Positions 32,544-44,917 of a DNA stretch of 64,000 bases are shown here, piece by piece. Made by a program: the position numbers and the translations under genes. Numbering within the stretch: position 1 is the first letter of the stretch; every line of letters begins with the position of its first letter. The stretch comes from Naegleria gruberi. Taxonomy: Eukaryota. Below the pieces are notes generated by a model. That model made no database searches. It saw only the letters and a list, made by a program, of their open reading frames with translations, and was not told the DNA's origin. The DNA is taken from the NCBI GenBank assembly GCA_000004985.1, contig GG738849.1. The stretch is one strand, 5' to 3'.

Positions 32544-35500
32544 TTAATTGGTATTGTTGAAATTTCGTTGTAATAAAAGTAAGGAATCATAACTCTTTAC
32601 ACTCTTCATGGTGCTAATCTTTTCATTATCTTTTGGAATCTGGAATGGTTTTTGTTGATCTTTGTACAAGGCACTATTTACAGGGAGGGGAGAATAAATA
32701 CCCAAATCTTCGCTGTCTCTTCGTGGAGAAAGGAGGAGGGGAGTGAGGCCACTTGTACTACCCTTTCTTTCCTTAAAATGTGGTTGATTTGAATGGTAGA
32801 CTTCATTATTTACAGGGCTAGAGCTGGAATTTTCCATTCTCTTTAGGATGAATCGGTGGAATTCATCAACAAATCTTTCCTGTCTTCTATTCTCAATAAC
32901 TCTGGTACCACGAGCAAGTTTGACAGCTTCCATAGCTTTGGCAGAGTCTAACAAGAGTGGTTGACGAAGTAATAGTACACAACTAGCAAGAGTACCTGAT
33001 CTTCCCAAACCAGAAACACTCTAAAAATTGTTTGTAAAAATTCAAAGCAAATATACAACATACCACAATTACAACATCTTCACCTTTCTTATCCAATGCT
33101 TCCTTAATCCATTCACACAATAGCAGTGTGTAATTCATTGGAGGAGGATGTCTTTGTTGGACTGGTAACATTCTTGTTTCTATACCCAAATTAGTTGCCT
33201 CTCTCAACAAGTTACCAGAGAGGTGTTCCAATTCGTCTTGTGTACTTAAAACAACGAGCTTTTTAACATTATTCTTTTGTAACACTTTCAAATCATTGAC
33301 CATAACACCACCATGTGAAGGACGACCAGGAATGATTGAGATACCAAGTCTTCCATACTTTTTCTTTTTTGGAGTTGCACCATTTTCTGAGTTTTGAGTA
33401 TTGTTAATTTCTCTCTTTTCAGCTGCTTGTTGATCGAGCATCTTTAAATTAATCCAATCAATGTGGTACTTGTCATTTCTGAATGCCTTTCTTTCAATCT
33501 TTTGAGCCAGAGCACATGCTGTTGCAAGGGCCCAAGCTCTTTGATAAAGAGTTAAAGAGTTCAATGTTGCCATATGAAGAGTGTATCTAAGAAGAACAAT
33601 ATCTAATTGAACTGGGTTACGATCTCCTCGGACCAATCTCTTTGTAATGCTTCTCAATTCAGCAACAGTCTCCCAAGCTCTCTTGAGCTTCTCTGATTTC
33701 AAACCAGGAAGTGTTGGAGGTAATGGTTCAGCCAAGTCTTTGACAGAAACAAGTTCCTTAGTGATTAATAAAGCCTCTTCGAGTTCCTTTTCATTTTCCA
33801 ATACAGTATACTCAAAGAGAACATCAGTCTCAAACTTGACCACATCTTTCAATATGTGAGTTCTCTCTGTATATTCAAAATCTATGAGCCATACATTTTC
33901 ATTGCTGTCTAGAATTACATTTCTTCCATTCAAATCGCCATGTACAAATGAAACGTAGTGGAATGATTTTGCTAAATATCCTTGCTTGATCTTTGGAATG
34001 GAATCTCTCAAAAAGTGTACAATATTCCTCACTCTAAATCCTCCTGGGAATATCAAATACTTTTCTTCACCATGAATTGTTGGCATTGTAACGGTTGAAC
34101 TAGAGCTATTGGTAAATACATTGGTACCATTTGAGGTTGATGTTGCAGAGATGGGTGTTGAGATTTCCTCAACATCCGAAACAGTAGGAGAATTATCTTG
34201 GGTAAGTTTTGGAACTTGTCTTGGCTCAAAGAATGAGCAATCTCTCAGTTCTGCAAACATTTTAAGTGTTCGATCTCGGACAGCATCTGGATTATCTGTT
34301 CCTCCAGTATGCCAGGCCCAGCCCTTTCCATTGAAATCATACGTTTCGAACAAGTCAATTTGTTCCAAAACTGCTGCATCATAGAATCTTCCCAAAACGC
34401 CATAAAAAACTCGATGGAGAACAGATTTGATAGTTTGCATACTTCCTCCACTAATGTACAACTCTCTGAATGAGCCTGCTGATGGTGTCTTGGGTTGCTT
34501 CTTACTTGCAAATGGAGAGAGTGGTGATTTAGGAGAAAGTAAATCTGAATCTGATGAATATTGAAAATCATCCTCAAACATGGAAGCATATGCAAATTTG
34601 ATACCAGCTCTATCTTTCAATTCAGTAAAACCACGAATTTGAGGAGCATTATTACCTAAAATTTCCTCAACCTTTTCAAAATTGACTCTTTCTCTTGTGA
34701 TGGGACCTCTCCTTCCTATTTTCAAAATTGAAGTTGCTTGAACATGTCCCATACTATCCTTTGAGTTGACTTTAAATACCCATGAGCCTGAATACCCTCC
34801 TGAAAGAGGAGTAAACATTACATCAGTGCTATCATGGTACAATAAACAAATAATTTCCTTATCTACATCCGAGATTTTGTTAATATCATCACCCAGAGTT
34901 TTCCAATGAATACATGGAATAATACGATGCTCCTCGATTGACTCGTTTGCATCATCTAGTTCCATATCATTATCAGAGGATGGTATTGACAAGTCAAATG
35001 ATGTTGAAGTGGGAGATGGTGATATTTGTTTGAAGAAAAAGGCTCCACTACTCACAATGGAACTACTAGGAGTCTTTTTCCACCAAAATGGTATCAGCCA
35101 TTCTTGAAAGTCACATAAACTGTAAAATATTGAAACACTAAAGTACCTTTCTAATTGTTGTAAGCTAGCAAAGTGTTGATGTCTGGAACGACTTGCTGTC
35201 AAGGCACTACAAGTACCAAGTATTTGAGCAAACCTTCTATATCTTGTGAAGAGCTCATAAAATAAATATTGAATTGTTGATTCTGTCCATACACCAATAG
35301 CTCCAATTTTAACATTGAGCTTTTTTTGAGTACCATTTGTTAAATTTTCTTGGTCGAGTTGTTTTTGTTTTTTCTGAATTGCGTTCTGTATTTTTTCTTC
35401 TAGATCTGTATTGAAAAATGCATTAACACTTGTAATGTTTACATAGGATTCATTCTCACGATTGGGCACATCTTTATCCAAATTTAATACCAAGTTGGCA

Positions 35501-36825
35501 CCTGATGTTCCCTTAACAGAAAATAACCCATTACAAATATACTTGTCAGGAGAATCATCCTCACTAGTGGAGTCTGTCTTTTTACAAACCAAGTGATCAA
35601 TTTCATTCCAAAAACGAACATGAATTATTTCTAAATGAGCTGATGATTGTCTTCTGGCCCAATTCATAAAGTTTTTCAGTGGACCACTTTTATAATCACT
35701 TCCTAATAAACGTTGGCTTTCAGGTTTGCCAACATGCATAAATGTGCTCGAGTCAAAATCGAGAGAGCCCGAGTAATTTGTTCCCACTTGTTCAGGAAAC
35801 TTTCCTATAAAATCATTTTGTAAACAATTCGTAATTAATATACTAAAATCCTCAATATCCGAATTTTCCAAATTATTGTTATTTGAATTTTGTTCATAGA
35901 TATGTTGTGATTTGGAAGTTGAACTTTCCAACAATGAATTATTGGCCATAATATTATTATTATACCTTGATAAACTTTCCGATAATGAATTATTAACAAA
36001 TTTCAATAGTGATTGATTTGTTATAGTAGCTGCTGTATTACTATTTTTTGAATATTGGTGATGATTGCCTTCTCGTTGCTGTTCTTGTCTACTAGAAAAA
36101 AAGTCTTTTTCACCCATTAACGGCGATTCATTTTTTTGATTCGTTGGTGTTGGTGTGTTGTTATGGTGAACATTCTTGATTGGAGCAGATGTTTGAAAAT
36201 TCAACAAGTTTTCATCTCCGTCCGACATTTGTGTGAGTTGTTTGGAGTTTAATACACAGTATTGGTCCTTCTCACTCAATGAATGAGGAGGATTGAGAAG
36301 AGAAGAAGTATTGAATGATGCTGTTGCTGCGGTAAAATTTGTTAGATTGGAAGAATTAATTGTGCTCTCGAGGTGATTATTTGGTTGTATTGAATGTGGT
36401 TGTTGTTGCTGATTGAACATCCAACGAGTGCCGTGTTGTCTTAAATTAATGCTGCTACTACTATTGCTCTTATTACTTCTTTCCGATGATGAGAGAGATC
36501 GATGATGAAATATATTATTGTGATGAGGTGTTGTTGAGATGGTTGGAGTGAGGCAATCATGATTGTAGTTGTTAGTTGGTGGCAGTGGTTCAGATATTCT
36601 ACGGAAAGAAGGGGAACCATTTGTATGATGATGCTTACTTGGTGATGATGATGATGTTTTAGATTCAACACTTGTGGTAGCAAAGAGTTTTGTTTGTTGT
36701 TCTTTCATGACACTTATTTTCAATGATTCTTTCTGAGCTTTTCCAATACTATGTGTTTGGAAATGATTTATTAGAGATGATGACATTGGATTCTCTTGTG
36801 GTTTCTGTTGATGAAGGTTTTGCAT
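32544..36825 (-). CDS. Large S/N/Q-rich protein with a central kinase-like domain (actin-fragmin-kinase / APH-choline-kinase-like fold) and a C-terminal CDKN3/KAP-like dual-specificity-phosphatase-like domain; two exons (36825..33064, 33020..32544)
   Basis: Kinase-like motifs YVSFVHGDLNGRNVILDSNENVWLIDFEYTERTHILKD (HGDL..N and DFEY, like APH/ChoK/AFK). The phosphatase-like end ...GEDVVIVV|SVSGLGRSGTLASCVLLL resembles KAP VHCYGGLGRSCLVAACLLL. A 43-nt intron (GTATGTTGTATATTTGC...TTTTTAG) joins ORFs 32983..36825 and 32544..33008; the unspliced read-through gives nonsense (VVCCIFALNFYKQFLECFWFGKIRYSC*). Confidence 0.7.
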
Positions 36826-37195
36826 GTTTTTTCTTCTGTTCTAGTAGGTGATGATTCTTCAACTGTTGTTGATCTGGGAAGGAAGTCCTGATTCAACGAT
36901 TGACAGATGAATTTGCAACATTTGTATTATTTATTAATTACAATCTTTATCTTATTTCTGTAAACAATTTCTTAAAGTAGAGTTTCATGTTTCTGATGTA
37001 TTTGAAATCGACTTTACAGTTTAGTTGTTCAACAATTTTCATTTATTGGAAATTATTAAACTAAAACCAAAGCATACTCAAATTTAATTTTCAATTTTTA
37101 TAACTCTTTTAACTAGTTTTATTAAATCATATTACCATATTTTATAACATTTTATTATTAATAAATATTTCTTTTTGAATTCTAACCACAAAAAA

Positions 37196-40100
37196 ATGAA
37201 ATTACACAACCGAAGAATTAAACCTGCTGGAAGTGGATTAATTTCAGCCGTGGACAAGAATGCATCCACTGGGAATTTATTGGCACCACCACAACAACAA
37301 AATTCATCAAGGAGTGCTTCACCATCGTCAAACAATGTCGGAGCAGGAAATTTTAATACACCATCATCGAGTTATAGAAAATGTTTATTGATGGTCCATG
37401 AGAAGGATTTTAGTGATCAGGAAATATTAATTAATGGAAAAGCAATTACGTGGCTTCAAATAGGAGATATTTTGGAAATTTCTCAACCAAAGACGCCACC
37501 TTCTAATGAACATAATGCTACTACTTCATCATCACCAGTTTCTTCATCAGTGAATATTAATAGTGCCTCAACACCAATTGATATTTCTGGTGTTGCCACT
37601 CAGAATTATTCGGATTTATCCTTCTCTCCTTTTTCTTCATATAAATCACCAGCAAAAGCATCAACACCACCAACAGGGGCAAGTTTTAAACAAGCACCTT
37701 CAGTGGGGAATGTTACAAGTAATGCACAACAACAACAACCACAACCTAGTTTTACCTCCTCAGCAAGTAATCCAAAGACATTTATTGTAAAAGTAACTTC
37801 TCTAGATGCACAAAAAGGTGTTCCCTATTTGAGCATTTCAAAAAACATTGCAGACGTTTTTGATTTTCAATCGAGAAAGGATGTTTATGTTCGAGTAATA
37901 CCAAAAGAAAGTGCCATGTTGGACTATGCTGTTTTTTCTATTCGGGATCACTTTCTTTCCAGATCAGATATGTGGAGATTTGGATTATATTTGAATGATA
38001 CTAGTGTTTATGAATCAAAAACTTTAACATGGCATGGTGGTATCAGAGTCCAAGTAAAGGAACTCATGAAAGAAACAACTGGAAAAGTGTCATCAGGAAT
38101 AATAGTTTATGGTCATACCAAGATAACATATCGTTCAAATTCAGCTGTAATATATTGGTTATTCCAAATGAGTAGAGAAATGTGGGAATATGACGAGTAT
38201 GGTAACTTGATTTTTGAAAGAGTTATTAATGGATTTATTAAAACAGTTTTTGATAGATGGAGAGAAGTTGGTGTTAACCACTCACTATCAATAGTATTCT
38301 TTTCGAGACACTACATAACAGAAGAGGACAAGGATAATTTTGAAGAGACGAGAAATGAAGAGGATCATATGGCATCCTTAGGAAATAGAACAAATATTAA
38401 TCATTCTATTATTGGATCTAAAGATGGAAAACGATATGTAGATTTTTACAAAGTAGTTGATTGTACTGAAACTCAAAGAATACGATCACAAGAAATCAGA
38501 ATTCTTTTAAAGAAGGAATTTTTAGAATTTGAAAATATGGTAAAAGGTATAGCAGAAAAGGAAAGAGTAGTATTGCAAAATTCATCGGCAGCAGATAGTA
38601 ATTTTATGGAAGCTATTAATTTAGTTTTAAACAGTTATGACAAGTATTACATTAATCGTGATCTTACTAGAACAGGCCAAGTTATTCTTTTGGTATCACC
38701 AGGTAGTGGAATGTTTGATGTACAAATACCAGTTTTGGGTAAGATTACTACCAAAAGGTTGATGGATGTTGGTTTATCAGTTGACCTTATTGCCCATTCT
38801 GTTCCCCCACTTCACTCGGTACCTATTTTCAGGTATAAAAAGAAAGAAGTTGGAGTTTCTAATAACCAAGAATCACCTCATTTGAAGGAATATACATATT
38901 ATAGATCTCCTGATTGGATCAATATTACATTTTACAGAGAAAATTATTTCAAGAATGATATTTGTATAGATCATGAGGATTGTGAATGCACAGATAGCGC
39001 CAGTAATCTCTTCCTCCCAGTTTCTAAAATGCCTAATTTAGAAACGCTTCCAACCAACATTCCACTATTTGAAAAATACTGGACTAACTTTAATTCAATT
39101 AATAGCAATTCTCATCATACCAATAACTCGAGTGGAAGTATTGCAGAATTGTGTCGTCAACATGATGAACAAGTTTTCAAAATCTTCCAACAATCTCGTC
39201 AAACCTCCCACTACCAAACATCTTCCCTTTCCAATATTTCCCACATATCTAAAAAGACAAGCCTCTCATCACACGACCTTATTCATGGAACACCAACAAA
39301 GCAGAGAGAGGAAAGGTCCATAATTTCCGACTCGAGTCCAAAGAATCCCCACATTATCAATCACCACCTGGAAGAATTGAAACAATCTGAACACATTTCA
39401 GGACTGCCCAGCAGTGGTAGCAGTGTTGGATTTGAATCATCTTTTGATACCAATCATCAGAATGACTTCAATGGATCAACACCAAGTAATAATGCATCTA
39501 CAAATACTCCTCAACACGGAGGTTCTCATTCAACTCATCATCTTCCAATCACTCATAATTCTGCCAGTTCAATGGTAAATATGGGCAGTGCAAATAGTGG
39601 TGTTCTGCGACGTTCACCACATTCTGGAACACCATTCATGGCTGAACTAGCTGAAAGACACAAGGCCAAAGAATTGTTCTACATGAAACTGTTCAATCCA
39701 TTCCATATGGATTCCGAAACCTTATCAAGCCCAGGCTCACTTCAAAACAACAATCAACAAAACACTTTCCACAGAAAGAGATGGGGTCACTTACATCCAA
39801 GTTCAGGTCTCAGACCAACCCAAAAATCAGAATATATCAAACATTTTCTTCTCAATGTTAACTGGCAAGGTGTTTCAGAACCTGCCTGTTTACCAATTAC
39901 CACAGATTATTGGCCTGAGTCTGCCCTTAAGATTTTGAATGATTTTGATTTGCACACACATACCATTACTGATACCAATAATATTTACAAAAGTATTTCA
40001 ACCCTTGTGAGAGAATTAGTTTGTCAAAGATTACATCAAGGTTTCCAATTATTTAATGATGATTTACCCAAAGATCCTCTCAGTAACCAACCAATTATAA

Positions 40101-41792
40101 TAACACCTTTGCCAACTCGTAATGATGATACAGATAATACTTCTTCTTCACTGCGATAACACTGAAAAGTCTGATGCATCCAATAATATGGAAGCTGATA
40201 ATATTTCAACTATATCCACTGGATCAAACAATTCTGAACTCTCAACTCAATCAAAGAGAGGAAGAGGAGGAAGAGCTCTCAGAGGAGGAAGAGGTGTCAA
40301 TGCTGCTGCAATGAGAAGAAGGCCACCAACAACCAATACTTCTAACAGCACATCAGAAACAACAGTAACACACGAATCTTCATCAAAACAAAAGGTAAAA
40401 CCTCAAAAGATGGAATATTGTCTTTCTTCAGCAAATCAATTCCACAAAATAACCTACAATCCAAATATTTCCAACATGGTTACAATTGATCGTTATGTTC
40501 CTAAGGTTGCTAAAAGTGCAGACAAACCATCATCAACTACAAGTAGTGGAACCAATAGCTCATCCAATAATAGTTCCTCTACAACACTAGTCAATGATGC
40601 TGATCCATTTAATAATGCTAGATCCACTTACACTTATAGATACATGCTTTGGAATCCAACTTTGAAGAGCTATGAATCCAGAGTTACCAGATTCAATTCA
40701 GCAGTTGACTATAATTGGAATAAGTTGGATTACTTGATTTGTGGTGATCACAATCAAATGACAGACGAACTGCACAACAGATCCCTTCAATTCCACATTG
40801 TGCCAATCAACAACTCTAACAAGAACTTGTTTGCCTCTCAAACTCAATTATTTGGAGCTTTCAATAATAATTCTAGTTTACAGGTGCTTGGTGGTTCTAA
40901 CAACAATTCTAGTAGTGATTTATTCTCACAAGCTTCTAACAGCTCTAATGAATACACCAAGAGATTGGAAAACTTTAAGAAATTTAAAGATGCAATTGTA
41001 AATAGGTCATTTAGGGGAATGGATGGAGATAATGTTGATGTTTCACTTATTGGAGATGAGAGCTCAACTAACCAAATACCATCCAACAGCTCTGCTAAAA
41101 CAGCCAAACTTCAATTTGTCCCACAAGAAGGAGGAATTGATGACAACAGTCGTGTGGAGTGGTTAAATATTGTATATAAGGCATCTTACCATCCTGCAGA
41201 ATTTTGGTCGTTTAAGGTACAATGGCTTGTCTGTACAGCTGCCCTCATTGATGAATTTTTACAGACATTGGCCAGAAGAGCCAGGCAATTAGGATTTGCA
41301 ATGATTCAAACTCCAGCTGAAATTGATAGCTATACAAACTTTGTTCATGCCTCAAAACAAGCTGCAGATAGATTGTTACATGGCAATTATAAAACAGGAG
41401 GTCTAGATCCATTGGAGAATGTACATCCTTTCAGAAGTTATGTCAGAATACCAATTACCTCAATAGAGGCAATGTATTCTATTAGAAATGCCATTTGTGA
41501 ACCTCCTCTTAATTTTATTCCAGACTCTTTCCACAGAAAGAATTCAAAGAGATTTATTCACATCAGTGGTTGCATTATTTTACATATTGATGCTATTAAG
41601 GGCTCTGATACTGCCCTAATTACTTGGATAGACAATCCATTCCAAACTTTTGATTTGAATGTTGCCAATTCAGTCGACCAAAATGATATACTCAACACTT
41701 TGAGAAAACTTGTATTCTCGGAGGCATCAGGAGCAGGCAAGTTCACTTTACAACTAACTCCTGGAAGTAATCCTTTTGAATATTCCCAATAG
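37196..41792 (+). CDS. DEPDC5 / Iml1 (GATOR1/SEACIT subunit) ortholog; coding sequence switches from frame 2 to frame 0 within 40104-40159 (CGA TAA C)
   Basis: N-terminal Iml1 domain (KCLLMVHEKDFSDQEILINGKAITWLQIGDILEISQP; RSDMWRFGLYLNDTSVYESKTLTWHGGIRVQVKELM...IVYGHTKITYRSNSAVIYWLFQMSREMWEYDEYGNLIFERVINGFIKTVFDRWRE...SIVFFSRHY; INLVLNSYDKYYINRDLTRTGQVILLVSPGSGMFDV). Middle (PACLPITTDYWPESA...RELVCQRLHQGFQLF). After the frame switch, the C-terminal region (YNWNKLDYLICGDHN; RVEWLNIVYKASYHPAEFWSFKVQWLVCTAALIDEFLQ) continues the DEPDC5 alignment. Confidence 0.8.
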
Positions 41793-41852
41793 TGCAATGA
41801 CTCAATTTCTCAAGTTGTACAACTATTCAAGAATAAATACGAAATAAATTAT

Positions 41853-44459
41853 TTATTTTCTTTTGTGTTTTCTTTCTGAGACTTGTTGGAATGCAAAATT
41901 ACTATCTTCCCAATCTTCTGGATTTTGCTTCTTTCTTATCTTTTTAGTTTTACCAGCATCTAATGCTCTATCATATTCATCCCTCCCAAAGACTTTTGGT
42001 GCAATAACTTTTTCATTGAAAATCTTTTGTTGCTTTGCCTTTTCTTGAGTTTCCTCATCATCCCAAACATCTACATCCTCAGAGTATTGAGAGCTAGCAC
42101 CCTTAAAGAGTTGATTGGCAGATATCTTGACGGATTGTGTTGTTGGCTCTTCAGATGTTTCATTATCGCTGCCTGATTGATCTGATTCATAGTCATCGAA
42201 CTTTCTCTTTTGACCCTTCTTTTCAAAGACATCTGTTTTAGTTTGACTTGGCGAGAATATTGGAGAATCAGAAGTGTAATTATCGAGAGAGAATGGATTT
42301 TGTGGTTTTCCATCGTCTCCATTTAAAGTTTTGATCGGCGTAGAAGGAACATTAACTCGAAATAATTTTTCAGTAGAAACGATATTCTTCTTAAGACCAT
42401 CCAAGTGATTCTTATTGACCCACATTGCTTCAATATTAGATGAAGAGGAAGAAGAGAGAGTAATTGGTGAGAGCAAACCTCCAACACCTCTCATAATATT
42501 GATAGGTGGAACTGATCTCATAGATTTAAGGACTTGAAGTTTTTGAGGTGTCAACTTTTCAAGAATATCAATTCTAATTGGAGCATAGAAAGGACTTGGT
42601 GGTTCTAGTTTTGAAGGAGGTGTAGTAAGCTTGGCAGATGTTGAGGTAGTCTTAGGAATGGAAAGGTTTGTTGGTTTCTTTGAATCGCTAGCTTTTTCTT
42701 CATTGGTCGTGGCAGATGTATTATTTGTATCGATAATTGTGGTAGTAGTACTAGTTGGTTGTTTAGATTGGTTTGATTGTTTTTTACGAATGACTGATTC
42801 TTTTTCATCGTCATCTTCCATCTTGTCATCAGATGAGCCTGTTGCTGGACTGGATGATGTTGAGCTTGGTGATTGAATTTCTTGCCACTTTTTGACAGAT
42901 TCCTTGAAAATTGCAGTACACTTATCAGACTTGAAATCATCCATATTTCTCGAGTAAAATAACATGTAAGCTTGTTGACCAAGTGCTGTATTTTGACTGA
43001 CTTGAGTGACAGAACTATCATCCATTCTATACCAAATACCATTACTATTTTTCACAAATGAGTAATAGTGACCAGAACTAGAGGACCCTCCAGAGTGTAC
43101 AAGAACACCATATAAACTGTAACGAGCAACAGTATTCTTATTGCTCATGTATGGGGAAATATCGAGGGTGTCTTCGTATGAAATCTTTTTGCTAACCTTC
43201 TTTCCGAAAATGTTAAAACGTTTGAGTTGGAGAATTAAATTAATTGGAGCCTCGTGAATTGTAAGCTTTTTAGAAGCTGTGACATAGGTATTAGTTTTTG
43301 GACACTTGTACTTGTTCTTTCCATCCAATCTGTCAGGAGTAATATAATTTTGGAATGATTTTTCAACTGATGTACAATTATTGAGTTGAAGTTCAATATC
43401 AATAAATGCGTCATACTTGTTGGAAATGTAATTTGTTTCCATAGTCTTAATTTGGCTTCTCAAATAGCCACCAAAAACTTGATGAACAGGATTAGTTTCC
43501 AATACTATATTATCCATCTTTCCCTTATATTTCTCTACGATAGCATTCTCCATCTTGTCAAGTAATTGAACAATAAACTCGTGTGCATCTTCTTGATACC
43601 CCAAAACAAATCCACCAATACCTTTCAAATGTTTGGCAATAAAACCAGGAGAAACAACATTAGATCTTGAAGATCTACCAGAAGATGTTTCATTTCCTAA
43701 AAACATTTCTCTTGCAAGGAGTGACATGGCATCAAGTGCATTGAACTTTTTCGATTGTTCTCCAATCTTTCTAGAAAGTAAAAAGTTTCTCAAAGCAGGT
43801 GTGTACATCAAGCATTGAAGTGCAGCATTCATGAAACAAGTATTTCCAAGATTTTGTAAACCAGGTCCAATCTTTTTAATTTCTGTCCAACTATTCAAAG
43901 AAATAATCTTTTCACGAGGAATGAGGAACATATTTGGAGGATCCAATTCCTTGTTATGTTCAATATCATCACCCTTTTTTGCTTCTGGTGTTGCAGATGA
44001 TGATGTTGATGATTTTGATGTGTGCTTTTCTGAATTTTCTTTTGAATTATCTGCTTGGTGGTCATAAACAAAAACATTCGTGGAAGTGCCATTAATTGGT
44101 TTCATCTTTGAAAAAACATTTTCATAATTGTCAGGAAGTTGTGCCTTCACAAATGAAATTCGTTGTTCAATTATCTCCGATGATCCTTTTAATAGTGCTT
44201 TTAATTGTTCATTATTTTCAATATCATCATCACCTTCTGTGTCTTTTTGATATCTTTTAACTTCTCTTTCATCCTCACTATCATCAGAAACTTCTCCTTT
44301 TCTACTACCATTCTTTGTAAAGACTCGTTTTCTTTTAGTTTCCTCCGAGCTATTGTTGTGGTTGCCATTCAATGTTGTTTCTTGTTGTTGCTGGCTGGCC
44401 CGTTTGAACATCTTTCTTGGCTGATGTTTTCCCGCTGCGTTAGGTGCTCGACCGCTCAT
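41853..44459 (-). CDS. Ubiquitin carboxyl-terminal hydrolase (USP/UBP family deubiquitinase)
   Basis: 868 aa. Cys box GLQNLGNTCFMNAALQCL and His box GHYYSFVK...WYRMDDSSV. Basic S-rich N-terminus and acidic/Ser-rich C-terminal extension. The first 80 nt of the CDS are noticeably GC-rich relative to the surroundings. Confidence 0.85.
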   Translation of the reverse strand: MSGRAPNAAGKHQPRKMFKRASQQQQETTLNGNHNNSSEETKRKRVFTKNGSRKGEVSDDSEDEREVKRYQKDTEGDDDIENNEQLKALLKGSSEIIEQRISFVKAQLPDNYENVFSKMKPINGTSTNVFVYDHQADNSKENSEKHTSKSSTSSSATPEAKKGDDIEHNKELDPPNMFLIPREKIISLNSWTEIKKIGPGLQNLGNTCFMNAALQCLMYTPALRNFLLSRKIGEQSKKFNALDAMSLLAREMFLGNETSSGRSSRSNVVSPGFIAKHLKGIGGFVLGYQEDAHEFIVQLLDKMENAIVEKYKGKMDNIVLETNPVHQVFGGYLRSQIKTMETNYISNKYDAFIDIELQLNNCTSVEKSFQNYITPDRLDGKNKYKCPKTNTYVTASKKLTIHEAPINLILQLKRFNIFGKKVSKKISYEDTLDISPYMSNKNTVARYSLYGVLVHSGGSSSSGHYYSFVKNSNGIWYRMDDSSVTQVSQNTALGQQAYMLFYSRNMDDFKSDKCTAIFKESVKKWQEIQSPSSTSSSPATGSSDDKMEDDDEKESVIRKKQSNQSKQPTSTTTTIIDTNNTSATTNEEKASDSKKPTNLSIPKTTSTSAKLTTPPSKLEPPSPFYAPIRIDILEKLTPQKLQVLKSMRSVPPINIMRGVGGLLSPITLSSSSSSNIEAMWVNKNHLDGLKKNIVSTEKLFRVNVPSTPIKTLNGDDGKPQNPFSLDNYTSDSPIFSPSQTKTDVFEKKGQKRKFDDYESDQSGSDNETSEEPTTQSVKISANQLFKGASSQYSEDVDVWDDEETQEKAKQQKIFNEKVIAPKVFGRDEYDRALDAGKTKKIRKKQNPEDWEDSNFAFQQVSERKHKRK

Positions 44460-44917
44460 TTTTTTGGCTTCAACTCAATAACAAAGATGAAAGAGTTTCA
44501 ATTGAGTTTCAATCCAATAATGAGAATGTTGCTGTATTGTTTGGATGATATTATCTAGGGTAATATTCTGAATTCAGGATAACAATTAGTAAAAAAATAA
44601 CATGAACTAATTTTTATATTTAAAAGCATGATAAATTATTTCAATGAATAGAAGAAGAATTATTTTTCATGTTAACCTTAAGCCAAATTCATATTCCTTC
44701 TAATAATTTCAAGTATAGCTTTCTATCCTTGTAATCAATCAGTCACTTTTTATCTCGAATGGAACATCTCTCAATCTCAATCTATTGAAATGTCTCTTCA
44801 ATCCAACACACTGCAATGTAAGATTGTGACTGCTTGCTGAGTTTTGCTCGTAGTAAAACACCAAGAAGCATCCAAAAAATCGTAGTGGCCATTTTAGTGC
44901 TATCAAAACCTAAAAAA

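Noticed and set aside
40083-40194. 76- or 112-nt intron (GTAATG or GTAACC donor, GAAG acceptor) in DEPDC5
   Set aside because: Weak donor and non-YAG acceptor. It is longer than any supported intron here and has no branch-like motif near the 3' end. Kept only as an alternative in the finding.
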